From assembly GCA_964565945.1 (NCBI GenBank), contig CAZMGY010000035.1, positions 1-32,000 on the forward strand: a stretch of 32,000 nucleotides of DNA. The letters run 5' to 3'. Positions 15,101 to 23,674 of the stretch are shown here, piece after piece (within the stretch, counting starts at the first letter, position 1; every line of letters starts with the position of its first letter). Source of the DNA: an uncultured bacterium (GTDB lineage: Bacteria; GCA-001730085). A program made the translations under genes and the position numbers. The notes beneath the pieces were generated by a model. That model worked only from the letters and a program-made list of their open reading frames with translations, was not told where the DNA came from and did not search any database.

Positions 15101-18100
15101 TTAGCGATATTTTTGTGCACCTATCGTTCCTTGTAGGTTTTTCAGATAGGTTTTAGTTTTGAGATATTTGAGCTGTTTGGCCACAAAGGCTCTGCGTTCT
15201 TTTAAGTTCATCTCGTCCATGTTGTTTTGATTATGCTTCTGCTGCATAAACTCATCGATATACTTGAGTTGTTTTTGGAAAAACTTGGTGTCGATCCGTT
15301 GTTTTTCCTTAAGTCTTTCTTGGTACCATTTGCTTGCAAGGACTGAATCGGGGCTGAAGAGTTTACGAATCGCAGGGTTTTGCAGTGTCTTGCCCTTATA
15401 GTTTCCCTCGGCCATGATATGAATCAGAGCTTTGAGTGGTGGGCACAAATCCTGAACGGCTCTATCCTCGAGATATCCTTGAGCAACACGTTGGTGTGTG
15501 CTCATAAGATTCTGAATGCCTTCGACAAAAAGCTTTTGGTTTTGTTTTTCGGGACGAAGCATCTCTTCTGAGAACACAATATTGGGATTGTTGAAAATCC
15601 GTCCCATAAACAAGTTCACAAATTTAAGTGTGATACGGTATCCTAAAATCCTTGCTGGGACAACTTTGCCTTCGAATTCAAAGTCATTCACTTTTTCAAG
15701 ACAGCCCTGATCTATCAGAAATTGGGGGTTTTGTTCCTCGGGTGTCATGCGAGACCAAATTTCGGGAATGAGGAGGCTAATATCGTGAGCGACTTCCACA
15801 TTGGGTCCTAGAACACCTGCGGCTGAGCTGAAACCACTGTAGCCCGTGACTATATAGGACAAAAAGGCATTATTGAGATCCCCAGCTGCGGTTAAAGCAT
15901 TGAAAGGGCCCTTTGTGAGGGCCCCTTCCGAGCCAAACCCAGTGGTTGAGGGAGATTTTCCAGTAACACTGGAAATAAAATCCATGAACAATTCCGGCAG
16001 TTCTTGGTAGTGAATCGGATTATAGACGGCCAGTGCAGGAACATTATGTTTGGGGTCGGGGGCATTGTTGCGACGCCCTGGCAAAACTGCATTTACTGGG
16101 TAGATCACGGATTGTTCGATGGGAATTTGGCGATGGAGGCGTGTGGCCATCCGTGCGATATATCCTTTGAGGGGATTGACCATGTCGGATCTGTTTTGCA
16201 AATAGCGAGGGTTTTTGGTGGGTATTCCATCCACGATTCGAGGATGAGACGAAATGGAGTAAAATTCGCTGGGGTTATCGGTCAGTGAATCCTGGATTAA
16301 TTGTTGCATAGGTTCGGAGTACTTTTCGACTTGCAACACATTTGTAGCCAGCGCTTGCACTTGTTGTTGACTAAAGGGTTCAAAGTTACACAAAAAGACT
16401 CCCCCCTGTTGAGATAAGTCTTGTTCTGTCGTTACGTCTTGACCGGGATAAATTGCGTCATCGGGTCGCTGAAACAAACGGTATTCGCAATTTTGAACCA
16501 ATTTGACGCTTGGATGGGGCCACTGTGGTGATCGATAGGGTAATAGATGATGAGGTATCACAATGGAGCAGGTGATGTCGTCTTCGACCTGGAGTTTTTC
16601 CGAGATGTAAAAATCATAGCGTGTATTGAAGACGCGCCACGCTCCGGCGCTGTCAAAACCAACGCGAAAGCAGTAAGAGGTTAAAGGACGGTTACGGTAT
16701 TTGAGCTCATGCCCTGTGCTACCATTGATGATATCGACGCTAAAGTGGGGCTTCCAGTTGCCTTTCCATTCGGGCTTGTACAAACGTTTCACGGCAAAAA
16801 TAATCGTTTTAATGTGAGGTGGCAAAGAATTGAGCCATTGGTTATAATCATCTGTGAATTCGGACGAAGGTGTTAAAAGTTTGATTACAGAGCCGAGACT
16901 GCGTTCTGGGCTCAAAATCGGACGTGACTTGCGCGGTTTGCTATGTTGTTTGCAAAAACGTTTCGAAAAATCATAGGCCGTGATTATGTCAATGAGCGCA
17001 AAATCTTGTTCGATGTCGTTGACATAGATGGGGCCGATCAACATGGTGTCGGTGAGAGATTTGGAGATTTCCGACTTGCCTCCTCCAGAAACAGTGCAGG
17101 GTTTATGGCATAAGGTCCCTTCGGCTTTCGTTCCGACCAACTTCCAACGATCTTGATGCCCGTGTTTTTTCATTTGAATGCGAAACCCAGAGGGAAGCAT
17201 ATATGTTTTTTGAGGATCCAAGGGAAGTTGTTGCTGTGTTTTATCTTTGTTCCAGCTAACAGTTCCTGTCATCAGGCTAAACGAAGAATTTTCAGGAACA
17301 AAAACCAGTTCTGGGTGGGTTGTGTCGATGCCGTAATCTTCGGGTTTAAAGTGAATCTGTTCGGCATAGAGTTTTTTGAGTTGGCTCAATTTGGCTTTTG
17401 TTTTCGATTCGCTCCACTTATGTTGAAATTCTTGACCTAGATCGAAGTTAGGAAATGCAATGGCTCCTCCAGAATGTTCTTCTTCGACTAATCCAAATAA
17501 GTTAGCCGAGTAACTAATTTGAGTTTTGACCTCTTTTTTGCAATAACCAAAATAGTTATCGGCAATGATGGTTATGATAACACCTTGGGCATCACGACAG
17601 GTAATTTTGAAAGCCGATCCTTCGTTGTATTTTTCGTCGGCTTTGGACCAGCACATGCCATCGCGGTTTTGCCTTGCAGTGGCTTTGCTGACATGAGGCA
17701 GGCCGAGTTGTTTTTTGGTTAGGTGGCTGATATGGGGGGCCAAAATGACACAGCCAGTGTGTCCGGTCCAATGTTCGGGATCCAGTGCCGCATCGTTTTG
17801 TGGCATAAAAGGGTCGCCAGCATTGCCAAAAATAGACTCAACAAAGTCGAGGTTGCTAACGAGACCTCCAGGAGCAAAAAAACGAATTTCCAGGGATTTT
17901 GCACTTTGCCAACCAGGAACTTCGGGGCAAACTTTAGGTCGAAGCAATAAGGATAAAAACAAATCGGCTTGTTCAGCTTGACTGGCCGTGAAAGGAACGC
18001 GCATTTCTTCGACGGGAGGATTGAGAGCCGCCTGAAGAAGGTGCACAAAGGTAACTTTGGGAACGGCTTTTTTATCGTTAGCAATCGGTAAGCCCCCTTC

Positions 18101-18562
18101 GACCACATGAAAGCACCCTTTGGTTGTTCGGCGGTCGTGGCGAGGGTTATGGATTACGCCTTGAGGAACACGGTAAGATTTGACATATTCTGATTCAAAG
18201 CGGTTGGCATCAGGCGGTAAAGACATCTGTCGTGCCACGCCATGGCGAGCCAGTAAAAAAGTGAGAGAAGGCAATTGAGTACCCTTGAATTCAGGAATCT
18301 CCTTAAAGTAGTTTTCGAGAAACTGATGGATCCTACAATCCGCAGGACAATAGTAATTTGACAAGAGGCGTGTACGTTCTTGGTGGTGGCGCAAGAAAGG
18401 TTCGGCCATATCAAAAAACTTATTGTCTAAATTCTTTTTGAAGGGAGGATATCCTTGTGCTTTCAATTTGATATTAATGTAATGGATTAACTCTTCTTCA
18501 CTTGGACTAGGTGAAGAAGGATTGGAAAAACCTAATCGCTCGTTTAAATCATGCTCGTACAT
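15101..18562 (-). CDS. Large soluble conserved protein (1153 aa), tentatively PPi-dependent phosphoenolpyruvate carboxykinase (PEP carboxytransphosphorylase) family
   Basis: It is a single uninterrupted ORF with SD aaggag (18569-18574) 6 nt before the ATG. There is no TM segment or signal peptide. It contains a phosphate-loop-like CTVSGGGKSEISKS (17069-17089) and ADNYFGYCKKE. The ~1150-aa length and the absence of motifs from other ~1150-aa enzyme families fit my recollection of PPi-type PEPCK. I cannot align it here. Confidence 0.4.
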   Translation of the reverse strand: MYEHDLNERLGFSNPSSPSPSEEELIHYINIKLKAQGYPPFKKNLDNKFFDMAEPFLRHHQERTRLLSNYYCPADCRIHQFLENYFKEIPEFKGTQLPSLTFLLARHGVARQMSLPPDANRFESEYVKSYRVPQGVIHNPRHDRRTTKGCFHVVEGGLPIANDKKAVPKVTFVHLLQAALNPPVEEMRVPFTASQAEQADLFLSLLLRPKVCPEVPGWQSAKSLEIRFFAPGGLVSNLDFVESIFGNAGDPFMPQNDAALDPEHWTGHTGCVILAPHISHLTKKQLGLPHVSKATARQNRDGMCWSKADEKYNEGSAFKITCRDAQGVIITIIADNYFGYCKKEVKTQISYSANLFGLVEEEHSGGAIAFPNFDLGQEFQHKWSESKTKAKLSQLKKLYAEQIHFKPEDYGIDTTHPELVFVPENSSFSLMTGTVSWNKDKTQQQLPLDPQKTYMLPSGFRIQMKKHGHQDRWKLVGTKAEGTLCHKPCTVSGGGKSEISKSLTDTMLIGPIYVNDIEQDFALIDIITAYDFSKRFCKQHSKPRKSRPILSPERSLGSVIKLLTPSSEFTDDYNQWLNSLPPHIKTIIFAVKRLYKPEWKGNWKPHFSVDIINGSTGHELKYRNRPLTSYCFRVGFDSAGAWRVFNTRYDFYISEKLQVEDDITCSIVIPHHLLPYRSPQWPHPSVKLVQNCEYRLFQRPDDAIYPGQDVTTEQDLSQQGGVFLCNFEPFSQQQVQALATNVLQVEKYSEPMQQLIQDSLTDNPSEFYSISSHPRIVDGIPTKNPRYLQNRSDMVNPLKGYIARMATRLHRQIPIEQSVIYPVNAVLPGRRNNAPDPKHNVPALAVYNPIHYQELPELFMDFISSVTGKSPSTTGFGSEGALTKGPFNALTAAGDLNNAFLSYIVTGYSGFSSAAGVLGPNVEVAHDISLLIPEIWSRMTPEEQNPQFLIDQGCLEKVNDFEFEGKVVPARILGYRITLKFVNLFMGRIFNNPNIVFSEEMLRPEKQNQKLFVEGIQNLMSTHQRVAQGYLEDRAVQDLCPPLKALIHIMAEGNYKGKTLQNPAIRKLFSPDSVLASKWYQERLKEKQRIDTKFFQKQLKYIDEFMQQKHNQNNMDEMNLKERRAFVAKQLKYLKTKTYLKNLQGTIGAQKYR

Positions 18563-18599
18563 AATAAACTCCTTTGAATGTAAGTTAAGTTATTTTTGT

Positions 18600-18628
18600 A
18601 TTATAGTCTATTTGACACCGTTCTTTAA
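18600..18628 (-). promoter_or_regulatory. Candidate promoter for the 1153-aa gene
   Basis: On the minus strand, TATAAT lies at 18605-18600 and a weak -35 ttaaag at 18628-18623, with a 17-nt spacer. It overlaps the divergent plus-strand promoter. Confidence 0.3.
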
Positions 18629-18640
18629 AGTCCTTAGAAT
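18612..18640 (+). promoter_or_regulatory. Sigma-70-type promoter of the 18686-22139 operon
   Basis: TTGACA (18612-18617), a 17-nt spacer and TAGAAT (18635-18640) lie about 45 nt upstream of the first start codon. Confidence 0.6.
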
Positions 18641-18685
18641 GTACCCAGTTGTTAAAGGCTATTTATAAGAGGTGCTTGAGGGGTA

Positions 18686-19522
18686 ATGATAATGATGTTT
18701 AATGACATGTTAAAATTAAAGAAGCCCTATGTGGTTGTAGGTCTTATCATTTTGGTGGCTGCCACTCACTTTGAACTTGTTCGACACAACGACATGAAGT
18801 GGCAAAAAAAATATTCTGATCTCCAGGAGCAACATCAAAACACCGTGCGCGAGGCGGATAAGTTGCAAAAACGCTTGGAAACTATGGAGCAATTTTTGGA
18901 GGAAACCAACGTTCGTCAAGTGATTGAAGCCAATGAACACAAGGTTGCTCAAATGGCTCAGTTGCGACAACAGCTTTTAGGCTTTCAAAGTGTAGAGGCT
19001 CAATTGCGTCGTCGCTTAAGTCAGCTGGAAGAAGTGTTTGAGCACAAAGATGCCGAATGGCAAAAAGATTTAGATCGTCAGGAGAAAAATCTTCGCCAAA
19101 AAATTAGTGTTGAGCAGGGGCGTGTGCAAAAATTACGCAACGACTTGCAAGCGTTAACCCAAAGACCCCTTTATAATTTGTCCCAGAAATATGTTGCCAA
19201 TGGTGTCGATATTTCCGATTTAGTGGTAAGGCTTCGTTTTTTGAAGTACTTGTCTGAGCATGTTGAGGGCAGTATGGTGGCCAAAAAAGTAGCCTACAAA
19301 CAATTACTGGACGATTTTAGATCGGTCTTAAAGAGTGATGCCTATGTTCGCAAATTGAAACCAGTCAAAATATACCCAGATGTTCCAATCATGGCCGATT
19401 TCAAAGGTAGATATATCGACAAAAAAACCTTGAACGAAGATAATTATGTAGGTGAAAGTAATCAGCGTATCGCTGAACAATTGGGATATTTACTTGACTA
19501 TATCAAGATGACATATGTATGA
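18686..19522 (+). CDS. Membrane-anchored coiled-coil protein of unknown function
   Basis: It has an N-terminal TM segment (KPYVVVGLIILVAATHF), then ~130 aa of heptad-like Q/E/K/L-rich sequence, then an unassigned ~110-aa C-terminal domain. The start may be ATG 18692 or 18695, which have better spacing from gagggg at 18678-18683. The stop overlaps the next gene's start (ATGA). Confidence 0.7.
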   Translation: MIMMFNDMLKLKKPYVVVGLIILVAATHFELVRHNDMKWQKKYSDLQEQHQNTVREADKLQKRLETMEQFLEETNVRQVIEANEHKVAQMAQLRQQLLGFQSVEAQLRRRLSQLEEVFEHKDAEWQKDLDRQEKNLRQKISVEQGRVQKLRNDLQALTQRPLYNLSQKYVANGVDISDLVVRLRFLKYLSEHVEGSMVAKKVAYKQLLDDFRSVLKSDAYVRKLKPVKIYPDVPIMADFKGRYIDKKTLNEDNYVGESNQRIAEQLGYLLDYIKMTYV

Positions 19523-20685
19523 CGGCACTTCTTGATAAAATTTTTCATCGCCCCGCTAAAAGGGTTCTTATCCTTTATGTAAACCCTAATTCGGGTCATC
19601 ATTCGGCCGCCTTAGCCATTCAGGACGCTTTTGCTCGTGAACACCCTCAGGTCGAAACAACAGTTTTGGACTTTATGAAGTTTGTTAATCCAGTTTTAGC
19701 CCAATTGATGGGTCGAGCTTATTGGAGCGTGATTCGAAGATCTCCAGGAACTTGGCAGTATCTTTATGATAACCGTAAGGTGATGCAAGCCACTGAAAGA
19801 ATGCGTAACTTAACGACACGCTTGAACCTTAATCGTATTCGTAAAGTTATCACCGATGTGAAGCCACATGTTGTGATTTGTACGCAGGCCATTCCCTGTG
19901 GAGGTCTTGCCTACTACAAGCGTAAGAAAAATATGCCGTTTCCTTTGGTTGCGGTGAGCACCGATTTTATGGCGCATTCGTATTGGTTTCACGAGGAGGT
20001 GAATCGTTACGTTGTGCCTTCCAAGCGCGAACAGGTGCGTTTGGTCAGTGAAGGAATTAATGCGGAAACGATTCGTGATTTTGGGATTCCAATTCATCCG
20101 AAATTTTCTGAGCAGAGAGATACGATGATGATCAAAGAAAAACATGGTTTGGATCCGAATATGTTCACGTTTCTGATCATGGGGGGATCGCAAGGGCTAG
20201 GTCGAATCGATATTGTTGTCGAGCAGTTGCTAAAAATTCAAGCCGATTTTCAACTTTTGATTGTTGCGGGAACAAATAAAAGCTTGCTCAAAGACTTAAA
20301 CGGTTATCAGAAAAGAGGTAAATATGAGCGTTTGATTAAAGTGTATTCCCATGTGGATTATATCGAAGACTTGATGGCAATGGCTAATCTTTTAATCACT
20401 AAGCCGGGAGGCCTAACATGTTCGGAGGCGATGACTCAGAATTGCCCTATGATTTTGGTGCATCCTCTTCCTGGTCAAGAACGACAGAATGCTGAGTATT
20501 TGGTTTCGGAAAATGTGGCCATTGGGATTGACAGTGTGGATGAGTTGATTAAACTATTACGAAGCATTCTTAAGGATCAGAAAATTTTGAAAGAAATTAT
20601 TTTGCAACAGCAACGTTTGAGTCGACCATATGCTGCTAAAAGCATCGTGGATATGGTAATGCAGGGAGATTTATGCAATACATAG
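19519..20685 (+). CDS. Diacylglycerol glycosyltransferase, MGDG-synthase/UgtP-like (GT28)
   Basis: The N-terminus KRVLILYVNPNSGHHSAALAIQDAF resembles the MGDG_synth domain (compare B. subtilis UgtP, KRVLILTANYGNGH). The C-terminal GT-B half has IMGGSQGLG and LITKPGGLTCSEA. Confidence 0.8.
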   Translation: MTALLDKIFHRPAKRVLILYVNPNSGHHSAALAIQDAFAREHPQVETTVLDFMKFVNPVLAQLMGRAYWSVIRRSPGTWQYLYDNRKVMQATERMRNLTTRLNLNRIRKVITDVKPHVVICTQAIPCGGLAYYKRKKNMPFPLVAVSTDFMAHSYWFHEEVNRYVVPSKREQVRLVSEGINAETIRDFGIPIHPKFSEQRDTMMIKEKHGLDPNMFTFLIMGGSQGLGRIDIVVEQLLKIQADFQLLIVAGTNKSLLKDLNGYQKRGKYERLIKVYSHVDYIEDLMAMANLLITKPGGLTCSEAMTQNCPMILVHPLPGQERQNAEYLVSENVAIGIDSVDELIKLLRSILKDQKILKEIILQQQRLSRPYAAKSIVDMVMQGDLCNT

Positions 20686-21539
20686 CTTACCGCATAGCTT
20701 TTTTGATTAGGTCTTTAGGATCGTTAAAGTTTCACTATTGGGTAGGGCGAAGATTTATTGATATTTGGCTTTTGATTAAACGCAAAGATGGACGGATCGT
20801 TCATAAAAATTTAAAGAACATTGGGTTTTCCGAAAAATACATTCGTGATAACCACATGATCAAGCAAACATTTTATAATTTTGCGTATTACTGGATTGAT
20901 TTTTTGCACAGTGATGATATTTCGGAAGATGATGTGGATCAGTGCTTTGTGTGTGATCATTTGCATCATATTGACAGGCCTTATATTTTGAAAAAAGGTG
21001 TGATTCCGCTAACGGCGCATATTGGTAACTGGGAGCTTGGGGGCGTGGCTCTAGGTGTTTGGGGCTATCGGGTGAGTGTTGTGGCTTTAGATCATGCTGA
21101 CCAACGAGTAAATGATTTTTTTGTGCGTCGACGTGAGTTGAAGGGGGTCAAAACTATTCCTTTAGGCAAAGCTGGCAAAGAATGTTTGGCAGAACTTAAA
21201 AAAGGCCACCTGTTGGCGTTGGTGGGTGATCGAGTGTTTGATTCTGCGGAGAAAGTGCAACGTGTGCCTTTCTTTGGACATCACTTGAATATTCCTCGTG
21301 GGCCCTTTGTTTTGGCGTTAAAAACAGGGGCATGGATTGTTCCGACATTTTTTTTACGTGAAGGGTGTGGCTATTATCGCTTTAGCTGTCATGCACCGAT
21401 CAAGCCCGAAGACTATGCCGAACAGGATAAGGATCAAGCGTTAAGCCAAATGGCGTTGGCTTATGTTAAGGTTTTGGAGCAAGTGGTGAAGCAAACCCCC
21501 ACCCAGTGGTTTGTTTTTCAAGATGTGTGGGTGAGTTAG
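20673..21539 (+). CDS. LpxL/HtrB-type (lipid A biosynthesis / lysophospholipid) acyltransferase family protein
   Basis: It has an N-terminal hydrophobic anchor, the catalytic HX4E motif in LTAHIGNWELGG, and later blocks LVGDR and PRGPFVLALKTGAWIVP typical of the family. It overlaps the upstream gene by 13 nt. Confidence 0.8.
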   Translation: MQYIAYRIAFLIRSLGSLKFHYWVGRRFIDIWLLIKRKDGRIVHKNLKNIGFSEKYIRDNHMIKQTFYNFAYYWIDFLHSDDISEDDVDQCFVCDHLHHIDRPYILKKGVIPLTAHIGNWELGGVALGVWGYRVSVVALDHADQRVNDFFVRRRELKGVKTIPLGKAGKECLAELKKGHLLALVGDRVFDSAEKVQRVPFFGHHLNIPRGPFVLALKTGAWIVPTFFLREGCGYYRFSCHAPIKPEDYAEQDKDQALSQMALAYVKVLEQVVKQTPTQWFVFQDVWVS

Positions 21540-22139
21540 ATGTTTACAATGACGCGAGTGTTGCGAAAAACATATGATTGGATTTTGTCGTGGGCGAATA
21601 GCCCCTATGCTATTTGGGCGTTGGGTTTAGTAGCTTTGGTGGAGTCTTCATTTTTTCCGATTCCTCCCGATGTGTTGTTGATGGCCTTGTGTGTTGCTCG
21701 TCCTAATAAAGCTTGGCAATATGCTTTGGTGTGTTCGATAGGTTCAGTTGTTGGGGGAGCTCTGGGTTACGTGATTGGCCTTGCGGCTTTTGAAAGTTTT
21801 GGCTTGCCTATTTTGAATTTTTATGGCGCAATGGATAAATATGAATGGTTGAGCCATTTGTATCAAAAACATGATGCAATGGTGGTGTTTATTGCGGGTT
21901 TTACGCCAATTCCATATAAAGTGTTCACCTTAGCGGCGGGTGTTTTTCAGGTGAACTTTCCTGTTTTTATTGGGGCTTCAGTGCTGAGTCGCTCCTTGCG
22001 ATTTGTTCTGATTGCAGGGATGTTTAAAAAATTTGGCCCTAAAATCAAAGACAAAATTGATCGTTATTTTGGTTGGTTTTCTTATGGTTTTGTGATTTTA
22101 TTGGTCGCAGGATTTGCTGTGGTGAAGTTTGTTTTGTAG
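21540..22139 (+). CDS. DedA-superfamily membrane protein (YqaA-like)
   Basis: The VESSFFPIPPDVLLMAL and GFTPIPYKVFTLAAG motifs are present, with about 5 hydrophobic segments. The ATG directly abuts the upstream TAG. Confidence 0.8.
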   Translation: MFTMTRVLRKTYDWILSWANSPYAIWALGLVALVESSFFPIPPDVLLMALCVARPNKAWQYALVCSIGSVVGGALGYVIGLAAFESFGLPILNFYGAMDKYEWLSHLYQKHDAMVVFIAGFTPIPYKVFTLAAGVFQVNFPVFIGASVLSRSLRFVLIAGMFKKFGPKIKDKIDRYFGWFSYGFVILLVAGFAVVKFVL

Positions 22140-22378
22140 GTGTATGCTGTGATTGAGGGTTGCGACGAAGAGATCACGGAAGGACAGTTTAGAGAGGGAA
22201 ATATGGAACAAAAATAATTTTTTCATCTTGCGGTGGTGGTGATTTTAGGCGTGGCTATCGTAGCCTTTGCTTTTTTAGTGTGGTTGATTTATTTCTTCTT
22301 GCACGTAGGGAGTTAGTTTTTGCTTATTTGTTATCATATAATTAACTTATATTTATCATGAATAAAATGGATTGAATA

Positions 22379-23653
22379 ATGAAAGAGATTAAACTAGGAA
22401 TAGCTGGTTTGGGAACGGTGGGAGCTGGTGTTGTTGATATTTTGCAACGCCGTCGTCAAGATTTTCAAAAACTGTATGGGGTCGATATTGATATTGTAGT
22501 CATTGTTGTTCGTGATTTGAGTCATGATCGAGGCGTGGCTATAGATTCATCGTTATTAACCACTGACCGAAATGCATTAAAAGATGTTGATGTGGTGGTG
22601 GAGCTCATTGGGGGCGATACTGTGGCCAAAGAGATTGTTCTTAAAGCTTTGCAAAATGGGCAGCATGTGGTGACGGCCAACAAAGCTTTACTTGCAAATC
22701 ATTGGAATGAAATTTTTAGGGAAGTGGCTAAGGCTCAGGTGATGCTTAAGTTTGAAGCGGCGGTGGCTGGGGCGATTCCAGTGATTAAAGTGGTTCAAGA
22801 AAGTTTATCTGGTAATCACATAGAAAGTCTCAAAGGGATTATCAACGGAACAGCTAACTACATTTTATCGGAGATGGAGCAACGCCATGAGGATTTGGCT
22901 CCTATCTTGAAAGAGGCCCAAGATTTGGGTTATGCCGAAGCGGAGCCAACTTTTGATATTGATGGGATTGATGTTGCACACAAACTTTGCATTTTGGTGG
23001 CGCTAGCTTTTGGGCTAAATATATCTTTGAATGACTTTCATGTGGAAGGTATTCGTCATTTGCAGTTGGAAGACTTGGTTCATGCTCAGAAACTTGGTTA
23101 TCATATTAAACTTTTGGCAATTGCCAAAAAGCATGGGGGACAGATTGAGGCACGTGTCCATCTGGCACTTGTGCCTGATACACAGGTATTAGCGGCGGTA
23201 TCTGGGGCTTATAATGCCGTTGATATTAAAGGTAACGCCAGTGGAGATATTTTACTTTATGGTCAGGGCGCGGGACGTTATCCTACAGCTAGTGCTGTTG
23301 TGGGAGACATTCTTGATGTGGCGAGGGTATGGCCTGAAGGCCCGACTGAGATGCCATTATTAGATGCTTCGGACAAAAGTTTAATGCCGATGGGCGATGT
23401 TCAAACACGTTATTATTTACGTTTGAGTGTTTGTGATTGTCCTGGTGTGTTGGCACAAATTACCAATATTTTTGGACAGCATTCGATTGGCATCGCTTCA
23501 GTGATCCAAAAAGAGTGGTCTCAAGGCGATATGATTCCTTTGGTGATCATGACTGATATCGCCAAGGAAGCTAATGTGCAGAACGCACTGAAGGAAATAA
23601 CAAAGCTAGACACCGTAGCGACGGAATCTGTGTTGATGCGTGTGGAAGATTAA
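22379..23653 (+). CDS. hom: Homoserine dehydrogenase
   Basis: It has an N-terminal Rossmann motif LGIAGLGTVGAGVV, the VTANKALLA block, and a C-terminal ACT-like domain (YYLRLSVCDCPGVLAQITNIFGQHSIGIASVIQ). Confidence 0.93.
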   Translation: MKEIKLGIAGLGTVGAGVVDILQRRRQDFQKLYGVDIDIVVIVVRDLSHDRGVAIDSSLLTTDRNALKDVDVVVELIGGDTVAKEIVLKALQNGQHVVTANKALLANHWNEIFREVAKAQVMLKFEAAVAGAIPVIKVVQESLSGNHIESLKGIINGTANYILSEMEQRHEDLAPILKEAQDLGYAEAEPTFDIDGIDVAHKLCILVALAFGLNISLNDFHVEGIRHLQLEDLVHAQKLGYHIKLLAIAKKHGGQIEARVHLALVPDTQVLAAVSGAYNAVDIKGNASGDILLYGQGAGRYPTASAVVGDILDVARVWPEGPTEMPLLDASDKSLMPMGDVQTRYYLRLSVCDCPGVLAQITNIFGQHSIGIASVIQKEWSQGDMIPLVIMTDIAKEANVQNALKEITKLDTVATESVLMRVED

Positions 23654-23674
23654 GTTTAGAGTGAGGATAAATTC

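Noticed and set aside
15380-18414. Numerous 60-130-aa ORFs on both strands inside the 1153-aa gene, and similar ones inside glgP, lipA, the ABC genes, cimA and aspartate kinase
   Set aside because: They lie entirely within long genes that have clear family motifs. They lack SD sequences and have skewed, low-complexity compositions, so they are shadow ORFs.
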